From: Acidobacteriota bacterium | Lineage (GTDB): Bacteria > Acidobacteriota > UBA890 > WLXD01 | DNA: 64,000 bases | Direction of reading: 5' to 3' | NCBI GenBank assembly: GCA_012103255.1 | Contig: WLXD01000005.1 | Coordinates: 202,560-266,559, forward strand | In this document: in pieces, positions 56,138 to 64,000 of the stretch | Layout: the number at the start of each line of letters is the position of its first letter | Numbering within the stretch: position 1 is the first letter of the stretch | Notes under the pieces: model-generated | Seen by the model: the letters and a program-made list of their open reading frames with translations, nothing else | Told to the model about the DNA's origin: nothing | Database searches by the model: none | Translations under genes and position numbers: made by a program

Positions 56138-56716
56138 CTAGCGGGCTGCCGAAACCAGAAAGGGCTGCCAGGTGGGGTCCGGATCCTCCGTCGTTCTCAG
56201 CAGCGCGGACGGATGCCACTGTGGTGCCTTCGGTGTCTTGAGTAGTGGCATGCCGGCCTCGTCCGGCATGCGGTCGGCCTTGCGCGAGTTGCAACGGAAA
56301 CAAGAGACCACGATGTTCGACCAGTTGGTCGGACCGCCCCGTGATCGCGGCAAAACGTGATCAAGTGTGAGCTCCTCGGCGGCGCGCGTTGTACCGCAAT
56401 ACTGGCAGCGATGGCGGTCGCGGAGGTACACGTTCGATCGGGTGAACTTCACCCGTGGCCGCGGCATCCGGTCATACTCGAGTAGCTGAATTACCCGCGG
56501 TATCCGCACGGGACCAGCGGTCGTGAGCACGCTGTCGAGCGGGTCCGTGGCGTCCGTGCTGCGGCCGCACCACCCTTCCCACGAGTACACCGCGAAGTCC
56601 TTGCCCACGGCCATGCCACGGCCGACATAGACAAGAGACACGGCTCGTCGACCGCGGACGATGTTGACCGCCTGCCAGAGGCGGTTCAAGACAAGGACGC
56701 TCCGATTCAGCCCCAT
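56138..56716 (-). CDS. HNH endonuclease
   Basis: The HNH core is CQYCG ... LTLDHVLPRSRGGPTNWSNIVVSCFRCNSRK (the zinc-finger Cys pairs and the H-N-H/N residues). Confidence 0.8.
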   Translation of the reverse strand: MGLNRSVLVLNRLWQAVNIVRGRRAVSLVYVGRGMAVGKDFAVYSWEGWCGRSTDATDPLDSVLTTAGPVRIPRVIQLLEYDRMPRPRVKFTRSNVYLRDRHRCQYCGTTRAAEELTLDHVLPRSRGGPTNWSNIVVSCFRCNSRKADRMPDEAGMPLLKTPKAPQWHPSALLRTTEDPDPTWQPFLVSAAR

Positions 56717-56793
56717 GGGTTCCCCAATCTATCCAACAACTGCGACTAGCCTAGACGTCAGACGCTGGGGATTGGAAGGGGGCCTCAGTCGGA

Positions 56794-57999
56794 TCAGTCG
56801 TCCCGGCCGTATCGAGCCATGATCTCGCGCACTCGTTCCAGGTCGAGCGCTTCGACGGCGCCTCGCGGGCCTTCGTCGGTGTTCGCCGCGAACAGGCTGT
56901 TGTAGATCGCCTCTTCCGTGGCTTCGATTGCCGCGAGGAATACGGGAGAGAGGGAACCCGTCGGCAACGGGGACGTGCGCGGATAGGTCCGCCCGAGAGT
57001 TCCCTGCCGCAATCCCAAGTTCGTGGAGAACGCGATCACGTAGTCGCCACTTCCGTTGGACCCTGCCGCGCCGGTCCTGGCCATTCCCATGAAGCCACGC
57101 AGTGCCATCCGCTCCAGGTTCGCAGCATCGATCGGGGCATCCGTGGCGACGATGATCATGCATGAGCCGTCGCGCGATTCGGTGGTGGGAGCATCCCCTG
57201 CCCTATCGGTGGGCTCGCGATCGACATCCGAGGCCTCGATGCGCGATCGCAGGTAGTAGCGCCCGAGTTCCTGTCCCACGGGGACGCCGTCGATACTCAG
57301 GATGCCGCCAAAATTGGTTTGCACCAGAACGCCCACCGTCCAGCCTCCCAGGCTGTCGGGAAGTCGTCGAGACGACGTGCCGATTCCGCCCTTGAATCCG
57401 AAAGCGGTGGTTCCGGTACCGGCTCCCACACTTCCCTCGGGCACGGCGCCCGACGCGGCATTCATGATCGCGTGCTCGACGTGCCCGGCGTCGATGGGTC
57501 GTGCCCGTATGTCGCTCAGAAAGCCGTCGTTGGTTTCACCGACGACAGGATTGATCGAACGCACGTCCTCATTGCCAGGAAGTTCGAGCATGTAGCTGAG
57601 TAGCGCGTCGGCAGCCCGCGGCACGCTCAAGGTTCCCGTCAGAATGATCGGCGTCTCCAGGGTTCCCAGTTCCTGTACCTGGCTGATCCCGGTGAGCTTG
57701 CCGAATCCGTTGGCGACGAAGATCGCGGCCGGTGGTCTGTCGGCAAACAGGTTGCCGTGGTGCGGCAAGATCGCCGTGACGCCGGTGTTGATGCGCGTGC
57801 CATCGCGCACTGTCGCGTGACCCACGCGAACGCCCTCCACATCGGTAATCGCGTTGTTGGGGCCGGGCGAAAGTATCCCGGGCTCGACGCCATGGTCGCG
57901 AGCGCGTGCCCGCCCCATTTCCTGGGCGGCGCTTGACGTCACCGTTCCGGCCAGCAGCACCGAGACGGCCACCGCGCGTCGTCCGGGCAGGAGCCTCAC
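56794..57999 (-). CDS. S58 (DmpA/P1) family aminopeptidase/amidase, secreted
   Basis: There is a signal peptide. The block ...GHATVRDGTRINTGVTAIL ... and the self-processing Ser region GSVGAGTGTTAFGFKGGIG match DmpA-like proteins. The start is GTG, overlapping the upstream stop (GTGA). Confidence 0.8.
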   Translation of the reverse strand: MRLLPGRRAVAVSVLLAGTVTSSAAQEMGRARARDHGVEPGILSPGPNNAITDVEGVRVGHATVRDGTRINTGVTAILPHHGNLFADRPPAAIFVANGFGKLTGISQVQELGTLETPIILTGTLSVPRAADALLSYMLELPGNEDVRSINPVVGETNDGFLSDIRARPIDAGHVEHAIMNAASGAVPEGSVGAGTGTTAFGFKGGIGTSSRRLPDSLGGWTVGVLVQTNFGGILSIDGVPVGQELGRYYLRSRIEASDVDREPTDRAGDAPTTESRDGSCMIIVATDAPIDAANLERMALRGFMGMARTGAAGSNGSGDYVIAFSTNLGLRQGTLGRTYPRTSPLPTGSLSPVFLAAIEATEEAIYNSLFAANTDEGPRGAVEALDLERVREIMARYGRDD

Positions 58000-58622
58000 G
58001 AACCGAGGTCGCCCAGGCTGAACACGGAGCGTTCGAGCTCGTCGACAGAAACCGTGGGCATGCCGCGAGCAGTGCGCTCCTCTTCTACGGCCCTCATGGT
58101 CTGCAGAAGATCCGCGAGAAGACGCTGACCTGTCGGATCGACGGCCGCCTGGCGTGGCGTCATGCCTTGCAACCGTTGCTGGGGAGCGTCGGCCCAGCGC
58201 GAGTAGAGTGCGGAGTGGAACTCGGCCAGCACCTGCGCCTCATGTTCCTTCGAGAAATTCTCCGGACGATCCGCGGTACGGATGCGCGGGCGCGGGACAA
58301 ATCGACCGAGATCATCGCCCACTGCGACGCGAGCCTCTGCGACCGGTTGCAGGAGATCGTCGAGTTGCCGGTACGCCCGTCCGACCGCGCCCGGGTTGGG
58401 GCCCTCCAGGACGAGCCGACTGCCGCGAGTTCGGATGAGGAAACCCTGTGCGAAGGCGTCGGGTGGATACCACACGTACCAACGCCGTTCCGCATCGCTC
58501 AGGAGTTCCTGGGCGCCGGCGTCAAGCAGTCGGTCGCGCGTCCCGTCCGCCTCGCGGATCTCGAAGAAGGCTTTGCAAAAACGAAGGTTGGCGCGCTGTG
58601 GTCGCGTCCCGGTTGAGTCCAT
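57996..58622 (-). CDS. hypothetical protein
   Basis: It is a 208-aa ORF with protein-like composition. It is translationally coupled to the downstream S58 peptidase. No motif was recognised. Confidence 0.4.
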   Translation of the reverse strand: MDSTGTRPQRANLRFCKAFFEIREADGTRDRLLDAGAQELLSDAERRWYVWYPPDAFAQGFLIRTRGSRLVLEGPNPGAVGRAYRQLDDLLQPVAEARVAVGDDLGRFVPRPRIRTADRPENFSKEHEAQVLAEFHSALYSRWADAPQQRLQGMTPRQAAVDPTGQRLLADLLQTMRAVEEERTARGMPTVSVDELERSVFSLGDLGS

Positions 58623-58719
58623 GCCGCTGATTATAGGGACTTCGTGGCGGCGCGCGGTTCTCGCTGGACCGGCAATACGTTAATATATGATTTACGTATT
58701 GAATTCGTATTTGATTCAT

Positions 58720-58736
58720 CCACAGGTTATGCACAC
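58720..58736. repeat. 17-mer CCACAGGTTATGCACAC, copy 1 of a direct repeat in the divergent intergenic region
   Basis: It lies in a locally AT-rich stretch (58680-58740). A second copy is at 58831-58847. Confidence 0.6.
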
Positions 58737-58830
58737 CCTGTGGCACACGCATTCGATGGCACCGGAAGCCTGAATCGGCCCGCAATGCCGGGACCATCCA
58801 TGCACGCTTGCGTTGCGGCGCGCCGCGGCG

Positions 58831-58847
58831 CCACAGGTTATCCACAC
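58831..58847. repeat. 17-mer CCACAGGTTATCCACAC, copy 2 (1 mismatch)
   Basis: It lies 111 bp from copy 1. The 12-bp palindrome GCGGCGCGCCGC (58815-58826) lies between the copies, just upstream of the likely start of the 58867 gene. Confidence 0.6.
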
Positions 58848-58866
58848 ACGAGGTCATAACTCCGGA

Positions 58867-59493
58867 ATGGACGAGCACGGCGGACAAGGCGCTCTTGGCG
58901 ATCCCACCGCGGTGGATCCTGACGCAATGACGAGTCACGAACTGGAGGCGCTGGCCACGCAGCACATCGAGGACGCCGTGCGATGGATCAGCGCCATTGA
59001 TCGCGAGGTCCCGGCGCCCTACCGGGCGACAGTGCTCGAATCGCTTCTGGCGCTCGCGCGCGACTCGGAACTGCCCGAGCGATCGGAGGGCGCAACGCGG
59101 GGCACTCCCCGGGAGACTCGTCCCCCCACTGAGAGCGTCACCTCGTTGCAGGACGATCTCGGCATCGACCTCGAGCGTTACGCCCATGCGCTCGCTGGGC
59201 CTGGTCGCCTACGGTCCAAAGCGCTGATTACTCTCGATATTGTCGCCACGCAGCTCGGCGTCGACTGGATGACGCCAGGCGAGATAGAAAGGTTCCTGGT
59301 CGATAGAGCGCGCGCGACGCATGTCTATCGCACGAACGTTAGCAACGCCCTCCGCGGCGCGCGCGGCCTGGTGGATCGCAGGAGGCGAGGACGAGCGTAC
59401 GAATACCGGCTAACCGAAGCGGGGCGAGTCGTGGTCGATCGGGAGGTAGCGATTCTAGGGCCCGGTCGGCCAGACGGCAGCTCGGTCCGGTAG
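58867..59493 (+). CDS. hypothetical protein with a C-terminal wHTH-like region
   Basis: The start is tentatively ATG 58867 (MDEHGG...); the ORF track starts at 58813 and 58927 is an alternative. The C-terminus LITLDIVATQLGVDWMTPGEIERFLVDRARATHVYRTNVSNALRGARGLVDRRRRGRAYEYRLTEAG resembles a MarR/PadR-like winged helix. Confidence 0.4.
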   Translation: MDEHGGQGALGDPTAVDPDAMTSHELEALATQHIEDAVRWISAIDREVPAPYRATVLESLLALARDSELPERSEGATRGTPRETRPPTESVTSLQDDLGIDLERYAHALAGPGRLRSKALITLDIVATQLGVDWMTPGEIERFLVDRARATHVYRTNVSNALRGARGLVDRRRRGRAYEYRLTEAGRVVVDREVAILGPGRPDGSSVR

Positions 59494-59585
59494 CTCGGCC
59501 CAGCCGTGCGTGCAGACCGCGTGCGCACTTTCTGAGGAAACTTGAAGTGCTTTGCCAGCTATTGTCGGCGCGCCGACAATCCGAG

Positions 59586-60491
59586 CTAGTCGACTTCCGG
59601 CAGTCCGTTGGACCGCAGTTCCCTGATCGCTTCGAGCAGCGAGCGCTCGACGTCGGCCAGCGAGACCTCATCCGCGTTCAGGTAGACCGTCACCGTGATG
59701 CCGGCCTTCGAGCGGTACGTGACACGCCGAGGCGGGACGGGGGCGGTCCGAGTCGGCTCGGCTGCTTCCGGCTCGGCGTCTGACGCCTCTTCGATCTCGA
59801 TCACGTCGGCGACTTCCGGTGCCACGCCTCGTCGGAGGTTGCGTAGATCGTTCCGGGTCAGGCCTTCGTCGACAACGCGCTGTGCGAGGGCCAGCATGGC
59901 CTCTTCCCCGTCCGTCTTGCAAAGCTCCAGGATCACCGATTTGGACCGCACTCCGCCTTCCTGCAGCAGCGCGCGTACAGCGGCCGGAACGATCGTCAGC
60001 CGGAGCGATTCCGTCACGCTGGTGCGGCTCTTGCTCACACGCTCGGCGACTTCCTCGTGCGTGAATCCGTACTGATCGATCAGGGCCTGGAGTCCTTCGG
60101 ACTCTTCGAACGGCGACAGGTCCTGTCGCTGAAGGTTCTCGATAAGCGCGACTTCGAGGGCGCGTTGATCATCGATGTCCATGACGATGCATGGGACCTC
60201 GGTGAGCTCGGCTGCCCTTGACGCGCGGAAGCGCCGTTCGCCGGAGATGATTTCGTAGCCGGTTTCCGACCGGCGCACCAGCAGCGGTTCCAGGACACCG
60301 ACTCGCTGGATCGATGCGACGAGTTCCTCGAGGCCATCGAAGATGCTTCGTGGCTGGGCCGGGTTCGGCCTGAGCTGATCGATCGAGAGCATCTGGCCGA
60401 TGGCATTCGTCTGGTTGGCGGCCAGCTCTTCGACGAAGTGGGAGTCGTGGCGCATCCGCGTGGTCGTCGGTAGTCCTCGTCGGTTAGACAC
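59586..60491 (-). CDS. parB: chromosome partitioning protein ParB/Spo0J
   Basis: The ParB box is ...LVRRSETGYEIISGERRFRAS... The HTH is ...LQALIDQYGFTHEEVAERVSKSRTSVTESLRL... The start overlaps the parA stop. Confidence 0.9.
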   Translation of the reverse strand: MSNRRGLPTTTRMRHDSHFVEELAANQTNAIGQMLSIDQLRPNPAQPRSIFDGLEELVASIQRVGVLEPLLVRRSETGYEIISGERRFRASRAAELTEVPCIVMDIDDQRALEVALIENLQRQDLSPFEESEGLQALIDQYGFTHEEVAERVSKSRTSVTESLRLTIVPAAVRALLQEGGVRSKSVILELCKTDGEEAMLALAQRVVDEGLTRNDLRNLRRGVAPEVADVIEIEEASDAEPEAAEPTRTAPVPPRRVTYRSKAGITVTVYLNADEVSLADVERSLLEAIRELRSNGLPEVD

Positions 60492-61260
60492 GCGCCAGTA
60501 CCTCCTCGCCTAGTTCTGCATATTGAGCGGCGCCCGACGAAGCGGGCGCGTGGGTGAAGATCGCCTCCTTGTAGGCGGGGCTTTCCTCGAGTCTCACGTT
60601 GCGGGTGATGATGGTCTTGAAGACCTTGTCGCCGAATACCTCTCGGACCTGCGCTACGACGTCACGTCCGAGGACGGTGCGGCGGTCGAGCATCGTCACC
60701 AAGACGCCGAGTAGCTCCAAATCCTGGTTCACGCGCTGACGAACCCGTTGGATGGTATCGAGCAGATCGTCGGTGCCCTCAAGAGCGAGGTAGGACGACT
60801 GGATCGGGACGATGACGTGCGTTGAGGCGACAAGCGCGTTGATCGTCAGGAGCCCGAGAGTCGGCGGCGTGTCGATCACGACGAAGTCGTAGTCGCCGGC
60901 CACCACCGCGAGTTTGTCGCGCAGCCGGTAGTGACCGTCGAACTCACCCGATAGCTTGATCTCCAGTTTCGCGAGCCCGATGCGGGCGGGGGCAACGAGG
61001 AGTCCTTCGACACTGCCCTGGTACGTAACGTCCGCGAGGCCTACCTGGGCCTCGATGAGGGCGTCGTAGATCGATTGGTCGATCTCGGCGGCCTCGAGAA
61101 ACGAGATGCTCGAATGCGCTTGCGGATCGAGATCGATGAGAAGAGTTCGCTTGCCCTTTCGCGCCAGGGCGGCCGCCAGGTTCACTGCCGTCGTGGTCTT
61201 GCCCACCCCGCCTTTCTGATTGGTGACCGCGATAACGGGACCGCGGGTGGCAGGGTTCAT
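60484..61260 (-). CDS. parA: chromosome partitioning ATPase ParA/Soj
   Basis: The deviant Walker A is IAVTNQKGGVGKTTTAVNLAAALA. Confidence 0.9.
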   Translation of the reverse strand: MNPATRGPVIAVTNQKGGVGKTTTAVNLAAALARKGKRTLLIDLDPQAHSSISFLEAAEIDQSIYDALIEAQVGLADVTYQGSVEGLLVAPARIGLAKLEIKLSGEFDGHYRLRDKLAVVAGDYDFVVIDTPPTLGLLTINALVASTHVIVPIQSSYLALEGTDDLLDTIQRVRQRVNQDLELLGVLVTMLDRRTVLGRDVVAQVREVFGDKVFKTIITRNVRLEESPAYKEAIFTHAPASSGAAQYAELGEEVLARV

Positions 61261-61440
61261 CGACGGCGCATCCTGGCTGACGGCGTGAAACGAAGCCGCG
61301 TCGGGGGTTCACAGGCCGCTGGTGCAGTCTGCTCCCATGTCGCCAGCCTGCCCCAGCTCGCAGCGGCCAATAAACCACTGTCAGGCCGGCGCTGCAACCT
61401 TGTTCCTGGCTTTATTTGAAAACATAGACTTCATGGATAT

Positions 61441-61923
61441 TTACATCTCATACTTCGAGAAATCTTCAGGGTCAAGATTCTCGAACCATCGCTTCAAACG
61501 TTCAGCCTCGGAAGACGAGTCGGTGCCGTTCTCGGCTAGCTCGAGAACGGACGTTTCCACGAACACGGGGGCGTCGGCTCTGAGCGCCAGGGCGAGTGCA
61601 TCGCTGGGCCTTGCGTCGATGGACAACTGTTCGCCCTTGCGCTCCAGATCGACCCGAGCGTAGTAAGTGTTGTCGCGTAGGTCGGAGATGAGGATCCGAC
61701 GGATTTCGGCGCCGAGTTGCCCCACGACGTCGTGTAGAAGATCGTGCGTCATCGGGCGCGGCGGTGCGATGTCTTCGAGTTTTAGCGCGATGGCGTTGGC
61801 TTCGTAGACTCCCACCCAGATCGGCAGCACGTGCTCGCCGCTATCGTCCTTGAGTATCACGATCGGCATATTCGTCACCGGGTCGACCATCAGGCCGCTG
61901 ATCTGCATGCGAACCTGCATTTC
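61441..61923 (-). CDS. bifunctional nuclease (BFN) domain protein (DUF151)
   Basis: The start is moved to ATG 61923 (MQVRMQISGLMVDPVTNMPIVILKDDSGEHVLPIWVGVYEANAIAL...). This is the DUF151 pattern. The later ...ARPSDALALALRADAPVFV block is also present. Confidence 0.7.
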   Translation of the reverse strand, partial: EMQVRMQISGLMVDPVTNMPIVILKDDSGEHVLPIWVGVYEANAIALKLEDIAPPRPMTHDLLHDVVGQLGAEIRRILISDLRDNTYYARVDLERKGEQLSIDARPSDALALALRADAPVFVETSVLELAENGTDSSSEAERLKRWFENLDPEDFSKYEM

Positions 61924-61933
61924 AACTCCCGAG

Positions 61934-63358
61934 TTAGCGAGGCTCGCCGACGATCTGTCCGTACATACTGTGTGCGGCGTGCGCCGTGATCTCGACGTCA
62001 ACGAGATGGCCGATCAGAGCCTGGTCTCCCGACATGTTGACGATGTGGTTGGACGAGGTGCGTCCGGACACGTCGCGCTCAGATCGCTTGCTCACCGAAT
62101 CCACCAGTACCTCGGTGCTTTTTCCTACCCAGGCAGCGTTACGCTGAGCCTGGATGTACTGGCCGGTTTTCTGCAGTTCGATCAGACGAGTGCGTTTGAG
62201 CTCGTCCGGGACGTCGTCCTCGTACTGAGTCACCGCTGCGGTGTCGGGCCGTGGCGAATATTCAAACGAGTAGAACGAGTCGTATTCCACTGCGCGAACG
62301 AGTTCCAAGGTGGCTTCGAAGTCGGCGTCCGTCTCGCCCGGGAACCCGACGATCAGGTCAGTCGACAGCCCCACCCCCGGGACGGCCGCTCGGAGCGCTT
62401 CCACCTGAGCCAGGTAGCTCGTTGCGGTGTAGTGCCGGTTCATGTTGTGGAGAATCTGGTCCGAGCCCGACTGGACCGGAAGATGTAGGTGTTTCGCGAC
62501 GTGCGAAGCCGACGCCATGACCTCGATGAGGCGAGGCGACAGATCCTTCGGATGCGACGTTAGGAACCTCACGCGTTCGATTCGGCGCTCTCCGTCTGCC
62601 GCTTCCGTGCGAGCGATCGATTCATCGATGGCTTCGAGGAGTCCTGGGAATCCCATGCCCGTGGCGGGATCGACCCACGAGTTCACGTTCTGACCGAGCA
62701 GCGTGACTTCGCGGAATCCTCGCAGTCCCAAGCCGCGAATCTCGTCGATGATGTCATCCGCTGGTCGATACACTTCCATCCCGCGCGTCGCGGGCACGAT
62801 GCAGAAGGAGCAATAGTTGTTGCACCCTTCCATGATCGTCACGAAAGCCCGGACGGCATCCTGGCGACTGGCGCCGTTCGATTCGAAGTCAACGAGATCT
62901 GCCGTGTTGACGCAGGGTTGTCCCGTCTTGCGCACATCCTCGAGTACGTCAGGCAGGGTCTGGATCGCCCGAGTGCCAATGACGAAGTCGACCGCGGGTT
63001 GCTTGTCGACGATTCCATCGCCGCGCTGCTGCGCAATGCATCCGGTGACGCCTACGAGGAGTTCGGTAGGCCCCGACTGCTCTCCCTGTGCACGCTGCTC
63101 CTTGAGTATCCGCAGTCGACCTAGTTCCGAAAAGAGCTTGTCCTCTGCGCGCTCTCTCACACTGCACGTGTTCACGAGGACGACATCGGCATCTTCGGGG
63201 GCGTCTGCCGGGACGTAGCCCATTTCAGACAGAATGCCGGCGTACTTCTCCGAGTCGTGCACGTTCATCTGGCAGCCGTACGTCTTAATCCAGTAGCGCG
63301 GGCTTCGACCCGGCTCGGTCGGGCGATTCTGGATGATCTCTTCAATCGATTCGGCCAC
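61934..63358 (-). CDS. miaB: tRNA-i6A37 methylthiotransferase MiaB (radical SAM)
   Basis: The N-terminal MTTase domain is YWIKTYGCQMNVHDSE...NTCSVRERAEDK. The radical-SAM motif is CNNYCSFC. A C-terminal TRAM domain is present. Confidence 0.9.
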   Translation of the reverse strand: MAESIEEIIQNRPTEPGRSPRYWIKTYGCQMNVHDSEKYAGILSEMGYVPADAPEDADVVLVNTCSVRERAEDKLFSELGRLRILKEQRAQGEQSGPTELLVGVTGCIAQQRGDGIVDKQPAVDFVIGTRAIQTLPDVLEDVRKTGQPCVNTADLVDFESNGASRQDAVRAFVTIMEGCNNYCSFCIVPATRGMEVYRPADDIIDEIRGLGLRGFREVTLLGQNVNSWVDPATGMGFPGLLEAIDESIARTEAADGERRIERVRFLTSHPKDLSPRLIEVMASASHVAKHLHLPVQSGSDQILHNMNRHYTATSYLAQVEALRAAVPGVGLSTDLIVGFPGETDADFEATLELVRAVEYDSFYSFEYSPRPDTAAVTQYEDDVPDELKRTRLIELQKTGQYIQAQRNAAWVGKSTEVLVDSVSKRSERDVSGRTSSNHIVNMSGDQALIGHLVDVEITAHAAHSMYGQIVGEPR

Positions 63359-63426
63359 GGCGTACTCTGCAGGTTCGTCGATGGGACGGGCGCCAGGGCA
63401 TCGGAGTCGGCGCCGGGAACGCGCGA

Positions 63427-64000
63427 TTATACCAGCCGGCCGTCCAGACTCAGGGCCACCGAGTGCGTCGGAATGGCCCCTTCTCGGAGGATCCTCGCCG
63501 GTACGCAGGTCAGGTCTACGAGGGTGGACGGAGCGCCTCCCGGAGCGGCGCCCGAATCGACCGCGCCGGCCAGGCTTGCAGTGGGAAGGTCGATTGACGG
63601 CACGGTCAGCGCGGGTGGAGCACCTGTCCGATTCGCCGAGGTCCCGGTAATTGGCGCCCCGAGTTCACGAGCGATCCGACGGGGTGCGGGACAATCCGGT
63701 AGGCGTACCGCGACACCTCCGGACGACCCCACGAGTGCTGGATGCAGCCTGCCGCGCGCCGGTAGCACAACCGTGAGCGGGCCAGGCCAGATATCGCTCG
63801 CGAGAGCTTCGAGCCGTTCGTCTCCCCGGTTGGCAACGATGTCTATCTGTTTGACGTCGTCGACTAGCAGGAGAAGCGGGTTTTTCAGCTGTCGATCCTT
63901 CATCGCGAGCACACGTTCGATTCCCTGCGGCGACCGACAGTCGGCCGCAAGACCATAGAAAGTGTCGGTCGCCACCGCGACGACCCCGCCTTCGCGTAGA
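63427..64000 (-). CDS. tsaC: L-threonylcarbamoyladenylate synthase TsaC/YrdC family; 5' end runs off the window
   Basis: The frame stays open to nt 64000 (…REGGVVAVATDTFYGLAADC...). The YrdC motifs TDTxYGL and ...LLLVDDVKQ... DIWPGPLTVVLPAR are present. Confidence 0.8.
   Translation of the reverse strand, partial: LREGGVVAVATDTFYGLAADCRSPQGIERVLAMKDRQLKNPLLLLVDDVKQIDIVANRGDERLEALASDIWPGPLTVVLPARGRLHPALVGSSGGVAVRLPDCPAPRRIARELGAPITGTSANRTGAPPALTVPSIDLPTASLAGAVDSGAAPGGAPSTLVDLTCVPARILREGAIPTHSVALSLDGRLV

Noticed and set aside
56138-56716. HNH endonuclease as part of a restriction-modification, CRISPR or homing system.
   Set aside because: No methyltransferase, Cas gene or intein/intron context is adjacent. 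It looks like a stand-alone ~190-aa HNH protein.
61281-61295. parS centromere site near parAB.
   Set aside because: Only a half-site-like CGTGAAACG is present ~25 nt upstream of parA, with no palindromic partner (consensus TGTTTCACGTGAAACA). No full parS is visible in this window.
1-64000. tRNA, rRNA, CRISPR arrays, IS elements or transposases.
   Set aside because: No regularly spaced direct repeats are present, and there are no transposase, integrase-with-att or terminal inverted-repeat signatures. Intergenic regions of >80 nt were inspected for tRNA-like T-arm motifs (GGTTCGANYC) without a convincing hit. A tRNAscan/Infernal run would be needed to be definitive.

Overview
This 64 kb window is a high-GC (roughly two-thirds G+C), gene-dense chromosomal segment from a diderm (outer-membrane-bearing) bacterium. 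I call about 62 protein-coding genes and no convincing rRNA, tRNA, CRISPR array, transposon or prophage. Most genes are core housekeeping genes in conserved syntenies: ribH-nusB, leuS-lptE-holA, rpsT/murJ, dtd-xerD-cca, metK, rnz, etfBA, rho, greA, fixCX, parAB and miaB. I see no classical defence or mobile system. Eleven features stand out and are described in the findings:
- A tightly overlapping four-gene operon at the left edge: an MBL hydrolase, a SAM methyltransferase, an HddA-like GHMP kinase and a GalU-like nucleotidyltransferase. It looks like an uncharacterised nucleotide-activated sugar or metabolite pathway.
- A fused LptF-LptG permease translationally coupled to a GT2 glycosyltransferase.
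- An ATP-dependent DNA ligase broken into at least five reading frames (a pseudogene, or a local sequencing-error hotspot), coupled to a SLOG/TIGR00725 gene and preceded by an M23 peptidase.
- Three further frameshifted genes (an MltD-like lytic transglycosylase, an MBL hydrolase and SppA). The SppA frameshift sits at a G5 homopolymer, which suggests indel errors in the assembly.
- A type IV minor-pilin cluster (PilV/PilW/PilX-like) divergent from an O-antigen-ligase-family gene, a possible pilin glycosylation module, with a palindrome in the shared promoter region.
- An unknown 380-aa protein with a winged helix-turn-helix (wHTH), plus a small secreted protein, downstream of a UvrD-like helicase.
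- A divergent, AT-rich intergenic region next to parAB carrying two copies of a 17-mer and a 12-bp GC palindrome.
- A strong terminator-like hairpin inside an AT-rich patch after the lytic transglycosylase.
- A LemA/DUF2207 pair with a (GGC)n-encoded Gly-rich tail.
- Rho with an RG-rich N-terminal extension.
- A co-directional cluster of TusA-like, ThiI-like PP-loop ATPase, HNH endonuclease and S58 peptidase genes plus an unknown gene.
All functional calls come from motifs I recognise by eye in the supplied translations. No database search was run.
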